The notes below the pieces were generated by a model that was given only the letters and a program-made list of their open reading frames with translations, searched no databases and had not been told where the DNA came from. The translations under genes were made by a program, and so were the position numbers. From assembly GCF_000406145.1 (NCBI RefSeq), contig NZ_CM001976.1, positions 2,501,067 to 2,533,066 on the forward strand: 32,000 bases of DNA, in the 5' to 3' direction. The DNA is from Dickeya dadantii NCPPB 898 (lineage in GTDB: Bacteria; Pseudomonadota; Gammaproteobacteria; Enterobacterales; Enterobacteriaceae). Every line of letters begins with the position of its first letter. The stretch's first letter is position 1. Below, one piece after another: positions 18,274 through 29,419 of the stretch.

Positions 18274-18975
18274 TTATACGCGGCCGGGTAATTTCTTCCA
18301 CGCCACTTCATTGCGCAGATAACGGGGTTCGGCCTGCTCCACGCTCACCGCGCCGCCCGACGTCCACAACCGCCATGCCAGCGGCAACATGTCCTGCGCC
18401 TGCGGCAACAACATCTCGGTGTGATTCAGGATAATACCGGGATGGCCGATCAAGTCCGGATAGGTTTGCCAGCCGGTTCCCGCCGTAGCCCAGTCGCCGT
18501 TCAGCGATGCCGCCAGCGACTGCACCTGCACCGGCGCCAGCACGGCTTCACTCGCTTCGCCGTGCCAATTGCCCTGCTCGTCGCGCTCGTAGCCCGCCCA
18601 GTAGACTTCGCCCATACGGGCATCGATGGCGGTCAGCACCCGGCTGGCGCCGGTCAGGCGGTGCGCGCCTTGCGCCAGCGTCGCCAGCGTCGAGACGCCA
18701 AGCATCGGTAAATCCGCGCCCAGCGCCAGCCCTTGCGCGATGCCGATGCCAATGCGCACGCCGGTAAAACTGCCCGGCCCGCGCCCGAATGCCAGCGCAT
18801 CCAGTTGGCCGAGCGTCATGCCGTGATCGACCAGCAGTTGCCGGACCATCGGCAGCACCCGCTGGGTATGCTCGCGGGGGCAAACCTCAAACAGGGAATG
18901 GATTTCACCGTCATTCCAGAGTGCAACGGAACAGGCTTCCGTTGCGGTATCAAGCGCTAAAATTCGCGTAGACAT
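18274..18975 (-). CDS. tsaB: tRNA t6A37 biosynthesis protein TsaB (YeaZ)
   Basis: [40 protein letters not shown]...[34 protein letters not shown]...[13 protein letters not shown] matches E. coli TsaB. Confidence 0.96.
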   Translation of the reverse strand: MSTRILALDTATEACSVALWNDGEIHSLFEVCPREHTQRVLPMVRQLLVDHGMTLGQLDALAFGRGPGSFTGVRIGIGIAQGLALGADLPMLGVSTLATLAQGAHRLTGASRVLTAIDARMGEVYWAGYERDEQGNWHGEASEAVLAPVQVQSLAASLNGDWATAGTGWQTYPDLIGHPGIILNHTEMLLPQAQDMLPLAWRLWTSGGAVSVEQAEPRYLRNEVAWKKLPGRV

Positions 18976-19040
18976 GCCAACCTCAGGCAGGGAGAGAATA
19001 TTTCAACGGCGCGCATCATAGCAGCCGGCGCCGGTGAGCG

Positions 19041-20960
19041 TCACGGTTTGCGCGTCAGAAAATCGATAGCCTGCCGCAAATCCCGTGTTCGTGGCGCCGG
19101 CGGCAGGCTGGTGAGAAACACCTCGCCATAGGGCCGTGTCACCAGCCGGTTGTCGCAAATCACCAGCACGCCACGGTCTTCCACGTCACGTATCAAACGA
19201 CCAACGCCCTGTTTCAGGGTGATCACCGCATCGGGCAGTTGCACCTCATCGAACGGGTCGCCGCCGCGCACCCGGCAGTCCTCCATGCGCGCCTTGAGCA
19301 ACGGATCGTCCGGGGAGGTAAAAGGCAGTTTGTCGATAATCACGCACGACAGCGCATCGCCCCGCACATCCACCCCTTCCCAGAAACTGCCGGTCGCCAC
19401 CAGCAACGCGTTGCCTGCCGCCAGAAACTGCGCCAGCAATTGCGGCTTGCTGGTCTCGCCCTGAACCAGCACCGGCAACGTCAGCGACGCCCGAAACTCG
19501 GCGGCCAGGTCGCGCATCATCTGGTGCGAGGTGCACAGCATGAAACAACGCCCCTGATTGGCCTCGATCAGCGGGCGCAGCATGCGCGCTAATTGTTTCG
19601 CCGCACCGGGGCGGTTGGTTTCCGGCAGATAGCGCGGCACGCACAGTAACGCCTGACGCGCGTAATCAAACGGACTCGGCAGCAGCAACGTCCGGGCCTG
19701 ATCCAACCCCAGCCGGTCAATAAAATGTGTGAGCTGATCGTTGACCGACAGCGTAGCCGAGGTGAATACCCAGCAGGCCGGTTTCTCTTTCATCACGTCC
19801 CGGAAACGGTCCGCGACGGACAGCGGCGTCAGCGCCAGCACGAAATGACGCGAGTTACATTCATACCAGTAGCTGTAGCCGGGCTGCTGCACGTCCCGCA
19901 GCCGCTTCAGTCGTGCCCGGTAGAGGGTCGCGCGCTCAAACGCCGCATCCAGCAGCGCGGAACGGCCCAGCGACAGCTTGGCGACATCGCAGCACAGTTC
20001 CAGCGCGTCATCCAGCAGCGTCAGCGACCGTTGCAGCATATTATCCGTGACAATGTCACGTAAATTACCGCGAAATCCCGGGTCGCCCAGCGCCAGCCGG
20101 AAATCCTGGGTACTCTGGCTCAGACGATCCGCGCTTTTCTGTAGCTGGCTGGCGTCCCGCACTTCGGTGCGGTAGGCAATCACGATATCTTTGGCGAGAT
20201 CCAGCAATTGGCGGCTGGAGAGCTGCTGGCCAAAGTACTGGCTGGCGATGTCCGGGATCTGGTGGGCTTCGTCAAATATCACCACATCGCTGTCGGGGAT
20301 CAATTCGGCAAATCCGCTCTCCTTGACCACCATATCCGCCAGATAAAGATGGTGATTCACCACCACCACATCGGCATCCATCGCTCGTCGGCGCGCCTTC
20401 ACCACAAAGCACTCTTTGTAGTGCGGGCAGTCGCTGCCGAGGCAGTTGTCGTTGGTGCTGGTTACCAGCGGCCATACCGGGCTGTCTTCGGCCACATCGC
20501 CGCACTGGCTAATGTCGCCGTCTTCGGTTTCGGAAGACCAGCCGCGCAGCCGCACCAGCTCACGCAGCACGTCGCGGCCAAGATCGCCGCCCGCCAGCGA
20601 TTGCTGCTCCAGTCGCTCGATACACAGATAATTGGAACGCCCTTTCAGCAGCGCCAGCTTACCCTGAAAATTCAGCGCGTTGGCGACAGTCGGCAAATCG
20701 CGGCTGTACAGCTGATCCTGCAATGCGCGCGAGCCGGTGGAAACAATCACTTTTTTGCCGGAACGCAGCGCGGGCGCCAGATACGCGTAGGTTTTGCCGG
20801 TACCGGTGCCCGCTTCCACCACCAACGGCTTTTTGGCGTCGATCGCCTCCAGCACGGCGGCCGCCATCTGGCGCTGCGGTTCACGCGGCTGAAACCCCCG
20901 AATCGCCTGCGCCAGTACGCCATCGGTTGCAAAATCGTCGATTGAGCTGTCTGCTGCCAC
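19041..20960 (-). CDS. yoaA: DinG-family ATP-dependent DNA helicase YoaA
   Basis: DDFATDGVLAQAIRGFQPREPQRQMAAAVLEAI...VVEAGTGTGKTYAYLAPAL...VVVVNHHLYLADM...IFDEAHQIPD...VICDNRLVTRPYG is colinear with E. coli YoaA (636 aa). The GTG at 20960 lies 5 nt after GAGAGG and gives 639 aa. The ORF-track start at 21182 would overlap the yoaB start and adds 74 unmatched residues. Confidence 0.93.
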   Translation of the reverse strand: MAADSSIDDFATDGVLAQAIRGFQPREPQRQMAAAVLEAIDAKKPLVVEAGTGTGKTYAYLAPALRSGKKVIVSTGSRALQDQLYSRDLPTVANALNFQGKLALLKGRSNYLCIERLEQQSLAGGDLGRDVLRELVRLRGWSSETEDGDISQCGDVAEDSPVWPLVTSTNDNCLGSDCPHYKECFVVKARRRAMDADVVVVNHHLYLADMVVKESGFAELIPDSDVVIFDEAHQIPDIASQYFGQQLSSRQLLDLAKDIVIAYRTEVRDASQLQKSADRLSQSTQDFRLALGDPGFRGNLRDIVTDNMLQRSLTLLDDALELCCDVAKLSLGRSALLDAAFERATLYRARLKRLRDVQQPGYSYWYECNSRHFVLALTPLSVADRFRDVMKEKPACWVFTSATLSVNDQLTHFIDRLGLDQARTLLLPSPFDYARQALLCVPRYLPETNRPGAAKQLARMLRPLIEANQGRCFMLCTSHQMMRDLAAEFRASLTLPVLVQGETSKPQLLAQFLAAGNALLVATGSFWEGVDVRGDALSCVIIDKLPFTSPDDPLLKARMEDCRVRGGDPFDEVQLPDAVITLKQGVGRLIRDVEDRGVLVICDNRLVTRPYGEVFLTSLPPAPRTRDLRQAIDFLTRKP

Positions 20961-21165
20961 GCTGCCTCTCTTGTCTGACAATGCCGTCACCCTGATTCGG
21001 CCGGATAAAGGTGGCTGATTATGCCAAGCCTGCGCGCACGACACCACTTCGGGTCGAGCCTGCCTTCCCGATCGGGGATCATCTGTTGAGGAGAACTGTG
21101 TTAGTCTCTGCGGTTTTAGCGCCTGTCCCGGCAGGCGCGCAGACTGAAACGAGGAGCCTGACTTT

Positions 21166-21513
21166 ATGTCGATTACCCGCATTAATCCCGACGCACGCTG
21201 GTCCGACGCCGTGATCTACAACAACACGCTGTACTACACCAGCGTGCCGGAAAACCTGGACGGCGACGCCCTCGCCCAGACCGAAAACGCGCTGGCGTCG
21301 CTGGACGCCATCCTGCAACAGGCTGGCACCGATAAAAGCCGCCTGCTGGATGTGACCATTTTTCTGGCCGACGCCGCAGATTTCGCCGCAATGAACGCCG
21401 CCTGGGATGCCTGGGTAGTGGCGGGCAGCGCGCCGGTGCGTTGCACCGTGGAAGCCAAGCTGATGAACCCGAAATTCAAAGTGGAAATCAAAGCGATCGC
21501 CGCAGTCGGCTGA
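21166..21513 (+). CDS. yoaB: RidA/YjgF-family protein YoaB
   Basis: RINPDARWSDAVIYNNTLYYTSVPENLDGDA...DVTIFLADAADFAAMNAAWDAWVVAGSAPVRCTVEAKLMNPKFKVEIK matches E. coli YoaB. GAGGAG lies upstream of the ATG. Confidence 0.94.
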   Translation: MSITRINPDARWSDAVIYNNTLYYTSVPENLDGDALAQTENALASLDAILQQAGTDKSRLLDVTIFLADAADFAAMNAAWDAWVVAGSAPVRCTVEAKLMNPKFKVEIKAIAAVG

Positions 21514-21559
21514 TCCTGCGCGGGCGGCGGTGCACGTCGCCCGAAAGCCATTATTCCTG

Positions 21560-21754
21560 CTATTCCTGTGAAGAAGCCTCGTCGTCCTCAAAACGCGCCA
21601 CCACCCGCGCGCCCTGATGGTTCTGGCGCAATTCGTCCGCCACCTGCGCGATGGCTTCTCCGCTGCTCATGCCTTCCGCCATCAGTTGTTGTATTCTTTC
21701 CACCGCCTGTTGCTGCTGCTCATGAGTCAGCGCCGGGATACCTGCAAACATCAT
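21560..21754 (-). CDS. yoaH: UPF0181 small protein YoaH
   Basis: [53 protein letters not shown] matches E. coli YoaH (59 aa). The ATG at 21754 lies 5 nt after AGGAG. The ORF-track start at 21835 is an unsupported extension. Confidence 0.9.
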   Translation of the reverse strand: MMFAGIPALTHEQQQQAVERIQQLMAEGMSSGEAIAQVADELRQNHQGARVVARFEDDEASSQE

Positions 21755-21897
21755 TCTTCTCCTGAAAACCTTTTTATGCCGACTACGCCCGCGATCCGCC
21801 ACGGTTTGTGGTACGCTTGCATCGCTGCGACGCATGCTGCCGGTTCAGCGTACGGCTGCCGGCATGACCAACGCCGAGAAACCATACCAATACCGCT

Positions 21898-23268
21898 ATG
21901 CCGACACCGATAGTCTATCACGCGCTCCCGTATCAGCCGGATGTGCTGTTACGTCTTTTTAGTTCTCTATCGCGCCAACCCTGGGCGATGTTGCTCCATT
22001 CCGGGTTTGCCGACCATCCGCATAACCGGTTTGACATTCTGGTGGCGGAGCCGCGCCTGACCCTGCAGACCGTCGGCGAACTGACCACGATCCAACACGG
22101 CGATACAGTACGAACCTCCACAGAAGATCCGTTTCATTTGCTGCAACAACAGCTCGACGCGCTGGCGTTGGATGTGGCGCCGCACCCGGATTACCCGTTT
22201 CAGGGCGGCGCTCTCGGTCTGTTCGGCTACGATTTGGGGCGACGGGTGGAACAGTTACCGGCCATCGCCGAACGGGATATCGACCTGCCGGACATGGCGG
22301 TGGGTATTTACGACTGGGCGCTGATTGCCGACCATCACCAACGGCGCCTGACCCTCATCGCCCACGGTGACATTAATGCCAGACTGGCCTGGCTGGAACG
22401 TCTTACCCCCGCCGAACCGGGCGCATTTTGCCTGACCAGCGCCTGGCAGGCCAACATGAGCCGCGAACAGTACGGCGAAAAATTCCGCCGTATTCAGGAT
22501 TATCTGCGCGCCGGCGACTGCTATCAGGTCAATTTGGCTCAGCGTTTTCAGGCCGGTTATCAGGGTGATGAATGGCAGGCGTTCCTGACGCTGTCGGCCA
22601 GCAACCGGGCGCCGTTTTCCGCTTTTCTGCGGTTGCCGCACAGCGCGGTGCTCAGCATTTCGCCGGAGCGTTTCCTGTGGCTGCACGATCACCACATTCA
22701 GACTCGACCGATCAAAGGCACGCTGCCGCGGCTGCCGGATGCCGATGCCGATGCCCGTCAGGCGCAGCGACTGGCGGCCTCCGAGAAAGACCGCGCCGAG
22801 AACCTGATGATTGTCGACCTGCTGCGTAACGACATCGGCCGGGTGGCGGTGCCGGGCAGCGTGCGGGTGCCGGAATTGTTTGTGGTGGAGCCTTTTCCGG
22901 CGGTACACCATCTGGTCAGCACCATCGAAGCGCGATTACCCGCGCAGCAGCAGGCTACCGACTTGCTGCGCGCCTGCTTTCCCGGCGGCTCGATTACCGG
23001 CGCGCCCAAAGTGCGGGCCATGGAGATCATTGAAGAACTGGAACCGCATCGCCGCAACGCCTATTGCGGCAGCATCGGCTATATCAGCGTCTGCGGCACC
23101 ATGGACACCAACATCACCATCCGTACGCTGATCGCCGCCGATGGCACGCTTTCCTGCTGGGCCGGCGGCGGAATTGTGGCCGACAGCGAAGAACAGGCAG
23201 AATATCAGGAAACATTCGACAAGATTGGCCGCATTCTGCCGTTATTAACCGTATCGACCACGGATTAA
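21898..23268 (+). CDS. pabB: Aminodeoxychorismate synthase component I
   Basis: PWAMLLHSGFADHP.NRFDILVAEP...FQGGALGLFGYDLGRR...DCYQVNLAQRF...RPIKGTLPR...DRAENLMIVDLLRNDIGRVA...FPGGSITGAPKVRAMEII.ELE is colinear with E. coli PabB. Confidence 0.96.
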   Translation: MPTPIVYHALPYQPDVLLRLFSSLSRQPWAMLLHSGFADHPHNRFDILVAEPRLTLQTVGELTTIQHGDTVRTSTEDPFHLLQQQLDALALDVAPHPDYPFQGGALGLFGYDLGRRVEQLPAIAERDIDLPDMAVGIYDWALIADHHQRRLTLIAHGDINARLAWLERLTPAEPGAFCLTSAWQANMSREQYGEKFRRIQDYLRAGDCYQVNLAQRFQAGYQGDEWQAFLTLSASNRAPFSAFLRLPHSAVLSISPERFLWLHDHHIQTRPIKGTLPRLPDADADARQAQRLAASEKDRAENLMIVDLLRNDIGRVAVPGSVRVPELFVVEPFPAVHHLVSTIEARLPAQQQATDLLRACFPGGSITGAPKVRAMEIIEELEPHRRNAYCGSIGYISVCGTMDTNITIRTLIAADGTLSCWAGGGIVADSEEQAEYQETFDKIGRILPLLTVSTTD

Positions 23269-23283
23269 ACAGGGCTGACCGAC

Positions 23284-23907
23284 ATGACCGACGCCACGCT
23301 GTTGCCTCTCTTAGACCGCACTGACGGATACCGTCCTTATGATTTGGACGCGTTTATTACCCGCTTTCAGTTGCAGACCGCCCCCGGTCTGCCGGTCACG
23401 CAGTACCATCGGCAAGCGGCGGTGCTGGTGCCGATCATCCGTCGTCCCGACCCTTGCCTGCTGCTGACCCGTCGCTCGCCCCGTTTGCGTAAACACGCCG
23501 GACAGGTGGCCTTTCCCGGTGGCGCGGCGGATCCGGACGATCGGTCGCTTATCGCCACCGCGCTACGCGAAGCGCAGGAGGAAGTGGCGATTCCCCCGGC
23601 ATCGGTTCAGATACTGGGAACGCTGCCGGCGTTCGACAGCGTCAGCGGCTATCAGGTCACTCCCGTGGTCGGCCTGCTGCCGGAGAACACGCCTTTTCAT
23701 CCCAACGCCGACGAAGTCGCGGAACTGTTTGAAATGCCGCTGCGGGACGCTTTTGCCCTACAGCGTTACCATTCGCTGGATATCGAGCGCCGCCAGCAGC
23801 GCCACCGCGTCTATCTTTCCTGGTATCGGCAGCAGTTTGTCTGGGGGCTAACCGCGGCCATCATCCGTCATCTGGCGTTACAAGTAGCGACGTCGGAACC
23901 GGCGTAA
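23284..23907 (+). CDS. nudL: CoA pyrophosphatase, Nudix hydrolase NudL (YeaB)
   Basis: [44 protein letters not shown]...[13 protein letters not shown] (Nudix box)...GYQVTPVVG...[16 protein letters not shown] matches E. coli NudL, in the same pabB-nudL-sdaA order. Confidence 0.94.
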   Translation: MTDATLLPLLDRTDGYRPYDLDAFITRFQLQTAPGLPVTQYHRQAAVLVPIIRRPDPCLLLTRRSPRLRKHAGQVAFPGGAADPDDRSLIATALREAQEEVAIPPASVQILGTLPAFDSVSGYQVTPVVGLLPENTPFHPNADEVAELFEMPLRDAFALQRYHSLDIERRQQRHRVYLSWYRQQFVWGLTAAIIRHLALQVATSEPA

Positions 23908-24140
23908 TCGCCCGGCCAGACGTCGAATCTGTCATAAGTTATTTTTCGGCATAACATAACTTTATTTCATGTGAAAAGCCGAATGTGGCAGCATACTCTT
24001 CACTACAATAGCGCGATCTATCGAGTTTTATTCTGGAGCGAGTCAGGTCTTCAACCATAACGCCGGATAATGGGCGCGATGGCGAGCAATGACCACTCGC
24101 TCCCCTATGGTGACAGGCAGTGCCTTAAAGGAGTTTCAGC

Positions 24141-25502
24141 GTGATAAGCGTATTCGACATGTTCAAAATCGGTATTGGCCCCTCCAGCTCTCACACGGTT
24201 GGACCGATGAAAGCCGGTAAACAATTTGTCGATGAACTGCAGCAAAGGGATTTGTTGTCCCGCACCGAACGGGTGACGGTGGAGGTTTACGGCTCCCTCG
24301 CCCTGACCGGCAAAGGCCACCATACCGATATTGCGATTATCCTGGGGCTGGCGGGCAATCAGCCGGATACCGTGGATATCGACGCCATCCCGGCGTTTAT
24401 CCGGGATGTGGAACAAACTGAGCGCTTATCGCTGGCAGGCACGCATGAAGTCGCCTTTCCCCGCGAAGGCGGTATGATTTTCCGCGGCGAAAACCTGCCG
24501 CTGCACGAAAACGGCATGACGCTGACCGCCTTTGCCGCCGACCTTCCGCTGTTTCGCCAAACCTATTATTCGATCGGCGGCGGGTTTATCGTTGATGAAG
24601 CGCACTTTGGTCAGTCTCAGGAATCCACCTTCACTGTGCCGCATCCTTACCGCTCTGCGCGGGAAATTCTGGAACACTGCAAGCAAAGCGGTCTGTCTAT
24701 CTCCGGCATGATGATGCGCAATGAGCTGGCGCTGCATAGCCGTCAGGAGATCGAGGACTATTTCGCCGCGGTCTGGCAGACCATGCGCGCCTGTATGGAT
24801 CGCGGCATGAATACCGAGGGCGTGCTGCCCGGCCCGCTGCGGGTGCCGCGCCGTGCCGCCGCCCTGCGCCGCATGCTGGTGTCCTCTGACAAGCTGTCCA
24901 ACGACCCGATGAACGTGGTGGATTGGGTCAACATGTTCGCACTGGCGGTCAATGAGGAAAACGCCGCCGGCGGGCGCGTGGTTACCGCCCCCACCAACGG
25001 CGCCTGCGGCATTGTGCCGGCGGTGCTGGCCTACTACGATCATTTTATCGAACCGGTCGGCCCCGGCATTTATCTGCGCTATTTTATGGCGGCTGGCGCG
25101 ATCGGGACGCTGTATAAGATGAACGCCTCTATTTCCGGAGCGGAAGTCGGTTGCCAGGGCGAAGTGGGCGTGGCCTGTTCGATGGCGGCGGCTGGCCTGG
25201 CCGAACTGCTGGGCGCCAGCCCGGAACAGGTGTGCGTGGCCGCCGAGATCGGCATGGAACACAATCTGGGGCTGACCTGCGATCCGGTGGCCGGTCAGGT
25301 ACAGGTGCCTTGCATCGAGCGCAACGCCATCGCGGCGGTCAAAGCCATCAACGCCACCCGCATGGCGGTACGCCGCACCACTGAAGCCCGTGTGTCACTC
25401 GACAAGGTGATTGAAACCATGTACGAAACCGGCAAAGACATGAACGCCAAATACCGCGAAACCTCCCGCGGCGGTCTGGCTATCAAGGTGCAGTGCGACT
25501 AA
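24141..25502 (+). CDS. sdaA: L-serine dehydratase 1 (Fe-S)
   Basis: (M)[32 protein letters not shown]...[23 protein letters not shown]...[14 protein letters not shown] is nearly identical to E. coli SdaA. The GTG start lies 7 nt after AAGGAG. Confidence 0.97.
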   Translation: MISVFDMFKIGIGPSSSHTVGPMKAGKQFVDELQQRDLLSRTERVTVEVYGSLALTGKGHHTDIAIILGLAGNQPDTVDIDAIPAFIRDVEQTERLSLAGTHEVAFPREGGMIFRGENLPLHENGMTLTAFAADLPLFRQTYYSIGGGFIVDEAHFGQSQESTFTVPHPYRSAREILEHCKQSGLSISGMMMRNELALHSRQEIEDYFAAVWQTMRACMDRGMNTEGVLPGPLRVPRRAAALRRMLVSSDKLSNDPMNVVDWVNMFALAVNEENAAGGRVVTAPTNGACGIVPAVLAYYDHFIEPVGPGIYLRYFMAAGAIGTLYKMNASISGAEVGCQGEVGVACSMAAAGLAELLGASPEQVCVAAEIGMEHNLGLTCDPVAGQVQVPCIERNAIAAVKAINATRMAVRRTTEARVSLDKVIETMYETGKDMNAKYRETSRGGLAIKVQCD

Positions 25503-25527
25503 GGCGCAGTGCGACTGACCGATACCG

Positions 25528-25552
25528 CGCCGGCGGCTACATTTCGCCGGCG
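25528..25552. terminator. All-GC 8-bp hairpin after sdaA; terminator-like, but with no U-tract.
   Basis: The stem cgccggcg (25528-25535) / cgccggcg (25545-25552) closes a 9-nt loop and starts 26 nt after the sdaA stop. No T run follows on either strand. Confidence 0.3.
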
Positions 25553-25567
25553 TGGATGCTACTGATT

Positions 25568-25602
25568 AAAAAAAACGCTGGCGACCGCCGTTACCGCCCC
25601 AG
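25568..25602 (-). terminator. Probable Rho-independent terminator of the MCP gene.
   Basis: The minus strand reads cugggg...cgccag-cg-UUUUUUUU. An imperfect stem (25578-25583 / 25597-25602) overlaps the stop codon and is followed by a T8 run (25568-25575). Confidence 0.5.
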
Positions 25603-27171
25603 AAACAACCGGGGTTGGGCTGCGTTGGACGTCACCTGGAATACCGCTACCGCCTGAACCAGCTGCTGAGCCTGTTCTTTCAGGTTCTCCGCCGCCGCCG
25701 CGCTCTCTTCCACCAGTGCGGCGTTCTGCTGTGTGACCGTGTCAATCTGCGTGATGGCCTGTCCCACCTGTTTCACGCCCGAACTTTGTTCCAGGCTGGA
25801 GGCGCTGATTTCCGACACAATATCGGTGACCTGATTGATCGCCGCCACAATCTGCGTCATGGTCGCGCCGGTTTCATCCACCAGTTGGCTACCTTGTTCA
25901 ACCTGACCGACACTGTTGGTAATCAACGTGCTGATCTCTTTGGCGGCGTTCGCGCTTCGCTGCGCGAGACTGCGCACTTCGGAAGCGACGACCGCAAAAC
26001 CACGCCCTTGCTCGCCCGCCCGTGCCGCTTCCACCGCCGCATTCAGCGCCAGAATATTGGTCTGGAAAGCGATGCTATCGATCACGTTGATGATGTCCGA
26101 AATCTTTTTCGAACTGTCGTTGATGCCTTTCATGGTTTCGATCACGCGTTCAACCATGTTCCCGCCTTCCGCCGCCAACGTCGACGCGCCTAACGCCAGC
26201 TGATTAGCCTGACGCGCGTTTTCAGCGTTATTGCTGACGGTAGAGCCTAACTGCTCCATAGTGGCGGAAGTTTGTTGCAGCGCGCTGGCCTGTTCTTCAG
26301 TGCGCTGACTCAGGTCCTGATTACCCTGAGATATCTGGATACTTGCGGTCGCCAGGCTTTCCGCATTGCTGCGCACGCTGGTGACAATCCCTGACAGAGA
26401 CGACTGCATCTCTTGCAGTTGAGCGAGCAGGCTCACGTGGTCATGATCCTTCACCGGAATCGGGCTGGAAAGATCGCCTTGCGCCATCTGGCTGACCACC
26501 TGTGCCGCTATCACCGGCTCACCGCCCAGTTGCCGCAGCAGGCTGCGCAGAATCACCGCGCCCAGCACCACCGACCCCAGCGCAACGATGGCGGCGGCAA
26601 GCAATGAAATAATACGCGCCGTGACATCGCTGCTTTGCTGCGCAACCACCTTCTTGTTCGCCAGATCATCCTGAGCTTTTTTTAACGCGGACAACTCGCC
26701 AAATGTCTTGTCAGCCGGCCCCTTAACTTCATTTTTATTAATTTCGCTGGCGTTTTTTATATCGCCAGACTCAACGGCCTGCACCTGATGTTCCATGCCT
26801 TTGCGCATTAACGTGTAAGACGACGACAGCCCGTCAAAAGACTGCGCCATTGTGGGGTCAATAATGGTTTTCAGTTTACTTAACAGCCCCTCCACCTTCG
26901 TGAAGTTCTCGGTATTCTGACTTTTCCATCCGGCAATCGATGCCGGGTCGCCAATGGCGATCATACGCAAAATGTTGATGTCTACACGCGTAAGCAGGCC
27001 GTCAATCTGGCCGATAATCGACGCGGCCTGATAGTCCTTTTCATACAGACGTTGTAATTCTGAAGTGATGGCGGTCTGGCGGGAGAGCAGAAATACGACC
27101 AGGACCATAAAGGAGATGATGATAGCGGCGATCATCATCGCCAGCTTTTTTTTAACAGTCCATACATTCAT
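25591..27171 (-). CDS. Methyl-accepting chemotaxis protein: two TM segments, a helical periplasmic sensor (4HB-like), HAMP, and an MA signalling domain.
   Basis: The N-terminal TM segment is [20 protein letters not shown] and the second TM segment is [27 protein letters not shown]-like LRQLGGEP...MAQGDLS follows. The highly conserved signalling core is [44 protein letters not shown]. There is no C-terminal NWETF pentapeptide. Confidence 0.93.
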   Translation of the reverse strand: MNVWTVKKKLAMMIAAIIISFMVLVVFLLSRQTAITSELQRLYEKDYQAASIIGQIDGLLTRVDINILRMIAIGDPASIAGWKSQNTENFTKVEGLLSKLKTIIDPTMAQSFDGLSSSYTLMRKGMEHQVQAVESGDIKNASEINKNEVKGPADKTFGELSALKKAQDDLANKKVVAQQSSDVTARIISLLAAAIVALGSVVLGAVILRSLLRQLGGEPVIAAQVVSQMAQGDLSSPIPVKDHDHVSLLAQLQEMQSSLSGIVTSVRSNAESLATASIQISQGNQDLSQRTEEQASALQQTSATMEQLGSTVSNNAENARQANQLALGASTLAAEGGNMVERVIETMKGINDSSKKISDIINVIDSIAFQTNILALNAAVEAARAGEQGRGFAVVASEVRSLAQRSANAAKEISTLITNSVGQVEQGSQLVDETGATMTQIVAAINQVTDIVSEISASSLEQSSGVKQVGQAITQIDTVTQQNAALVEESAAAAENLKEQAQQLVQAVAVFQVTSNAAQPRLFLGR

Positions 27172-27420
27172 AAGTTGTTCTCAATTATAACGGTCCGATG
27201 AAATAGACACAGATAACCTTGCGGCATGATCTGTCATGTGACGAAATTATTTCGTACCCAAATGATATCGACAGTCGGCGGAGGCTCTTGAACGCGAAAG
27301 ATAATTAATGGCGCGAAAGCGCGGGCATGAATTGTAATAAATGATGAACCGGCGAGTAGGGTTTACCGTGGTAGGGAGCAAAAGGTGATAACATCCCCTC
27401 CGCCAGCAAGCCGAGAGAAT

Positions 27421-27445
27421 AAAAAAAGCGAGCCTCAGGCTCGCT
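27421..27445 (-). terminator. Rho-independent terminator of yoaE.
   Basis: The minus strand reads agcgagcc-tga-ggctcgct-ttttttt: an 8-bp stem (27427-27434 / 27438-27445) with a T run. It lies about 77 nt after the yoaE stop. Confidence 0.75.
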
Positions 27446-27521
27446 TCGGCATGGTTCGACTGACCACGCACCCCGCCCTGGAGGCCCGCCGGTCAGGGCT
27501 GGCCTCGGGAGCGGCATAGCA

Positions 27522-29075
27522 TTACGCCTCGCTTGCCGTCTCCGCCTCAGGAACACGGACAATGCGGACCAGCTCGATACGATAGTCCGTCGCTTCCACG
27601 ATCAGGAAACGTAACCGATATAGCTCCAGCGAATCCCCCACTTTGGGGAACTCGTCGCTGTGCGCCAGCAGCAGGCCGGCCAGCGAGGTATAGTCTTCTT
27701 TCGGATCGACCAAATCCTGCACGTTGAGCACCTGCTGCAGCGAATGCAGATCGGTACCGCCTCGCACCAGCCAGCCGTCGCCGTCTTCAATGATATCCAG
27801 CGTTTCGTCTTCATCCGGGAATTCGCCGGCGATCGCTTCCAGAATATCCAGCGGCGTCACCAGCCCCTGTACCACGCCAAACTCGTTGGTGATTATCACC
27901 AGGCTGCCTTTCGCACGACGCAGCACCGGCAACAGGTTGATAACATCCAGCGTTTCCGGCACCACGATCGGCGGGTTGGCGGCGGCGAACTGTTCCACAT
28001 CGGTATGTTCATCCAGCGCCACCAGCAGGTCTTTGGCCCGCACCACGCCGACCAGCTCATCCAGCGAGCCGCGGCACACCGGGAACAGGCTGTGCGGCGT
28101 GTCCAGCAGTTGCAGGCGAATGTCTTCCACCGATCGTTCGCAGTCCACCCAGGAGATATCGGTACGCGGCGTCATCACGCTGCGCAGGGAACGGGAGGCC
28201 AGCGTCAGCACGCCGCTGATCATATAACGTTCTTCTTCAGCGAAGGTTTCTTCCGGTTGCTGCTGCGGCTGCTCTTCCTGATCGTCGAGGTTGGCTTTCC
28301 GCGACCCCATCAGGCGCAGAATCGCTTCGGCGGTACGCTCTCGCATCGGCCGGTGCGATTGATGCTTAATGAAGTTGTGCCGGGCGATCTGATTAAACAT
28401 CTCGATCACGATCGAGAAGCCGATTGCGGCATACAGGTAACCTTTCGGAATATGGAAACCAAACCCTTCCGCCACCAGACTCAAACCGATCATCAGCAGG
28501 AAGCTGAGACAGAGCACCACCACCGTCGGGTGGGCGTTCACAAAGCGGGTCAGCGGTTTGGACGCCAGCAGCATCACGGCCATGGCGATCACCACGGCGG
28601 TCATCATCACGCCTAAATGGTTCACCATCCCCACCGCGGTAATGACCGCGTCGAGGGAGAATACCGCGTCCAGAATAACAATCTGCACGACCACCGCCCA
28701 AAAACTGGCCTGCGCGCGGTTGGCGTTCGGGTCGTGCGGGCGGTTTTCCAGCCGTTCATGCAACTCCATAGTGGCTTTGAACAGCAGGAACAGCCCCCCG
28801 GCCAGCAAAATCAGGTCACGGCCGGAAAAACTGAACTCCCCGACGGAAAACAGCGGTCGCGTCAGCGTCACCATCCAGGAAATCAGCGATAGCAGGCCAA
28901 GCCGCATCAATAGCGCCAGCGACAGACCGATGATACGCGCTTTGTCACGCTGTTTAGCCGGCAGCTTATCCGCCAGAATGGCGATGAACACCAGGTTGTC
29001 GATACCCAATACAATTTCGAGTACCACCAACGTCAATAAGCCTGCCCAGATTGAGGGATCCAGCAAAAATTCCAT
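27522..29075 (-). CDS. yoaE: TerC-family membrane protein with CBS/CorC domains (YoaE)
   Basis: [70 protein letters not shown] is almost identical to the E. coli YoaE N-terminus. It is adjacent to and divergent from manX, as in E. coli. Confidence 0.95.
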   Translation of the reverse strand: MEFLLDPSIWAGLLTLVVLEIVLGIDNLVFIAILADKLPAKQRDKARIIGLSLALLMRLGLLSLISWMVTLTRPLFSVGEFSFSGRDLILLAGGLFLLFKATMELHERLENRPHDPNANRAQASFWAVVVQIVILDAVFSLDAVITAVGMVNHLGVMMTAVVIAMAVMLLASKPLTRFVNAHPTVVVLCLSFLLMIGLSLVAEGFGFHIPKGYLYAAIGFSIVIEMFNQIARHNFIKHQSHRPMRERTAEAILRLMGSRKANLDDQEEQPQQQPEETFAEEERYMISGVLTLASRSLRSVMTPRTDISWVDCERSVEDIRLQLLDTPHSLFPVCRGSLDELVGVVRAKDLLVALDEHTDVEQFAAANPPIVVPETLDVINLLPVLRRAKGSLVIITNEFGVVQGLVTPLDILEAIAGEFPDEDETLDIIEDGDGWLVRGGTDLHSLQQVLNVQDLVDPKEDYTSLAGLLLAHSDEFPKVGDSLELYRLRFLIVEATDYRIELVRIVRVPEAETASEA

Positions 29076-29419
29076 GTCAGACTCCGGAAAATGAACGAGC
29101 GAACGACATCAATGCAGCGGCATTGTGCGGCGGAAGCAAAAGGGAAATATCAGTACAGGGCTGAATTCGGCCTGAATGGCCCACTGAGTGAAAAACACCA
29201 CCGGTCAGCGCCGGGGCAAAAGAAATGAATCGTCGGTGACAGTCCATGGGAAGGGCGTTTACCCGTTACTCCTCTGTAATTAAAGGGAGAATAACTTTAA
29301 CAGAGTTAATGCCATTTTCCACAACGATTTTGCCTCACTCCGCGAAGCGGGTCGCATTCATTGGCATCACTGGTCTTCTTGAATGTATTTCGCCGCCGAT
29401 TATCGACCGATATCACATA

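Noticed and set aside
21083-21100. ctgttgaggagaactgtg in the yoaA/yoaB divergent region, considered as a LexA box because yoaA is reported to be damage-inducible in E. coli.
   Set aside because: The LexA consensus is CTGT-N8-ACAG. Here the right half reads ACTG, so the site is not palindromic and does not fit.
20961-21182. The 5' extension of the yoaA ORF (74 extra codons), which overlaps the yoaB start.
   Set aside because: The extension has no homology to YoaA. Homology begins right after a GTG at 20960 with a good SD, and the resulting length (639 aa) matches E. coli YoaA (636 aa). Similar unsupported 5' extensions were trimmed for dadA, ycgB, ycgN, minC, rnd, fadD, yeaY, yoaH and manX.
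29264-29276. AGAGGAGUAACG in the long yoaE (TerC-family) leader. It resembles the GGGGAGUAGCG box of the yybP-ykoY Mn2+ riboswitch that often precedes TerC-family genes.
   Set aside because: It has two mismatches in the most conserved core. I could not find the conserved 3' half (UUGACAUA...AGCAAGACC) or the four-helix architecture in the remaining leader. A cmsearch with RF00080 would settle it, but on sight it does not qualify.
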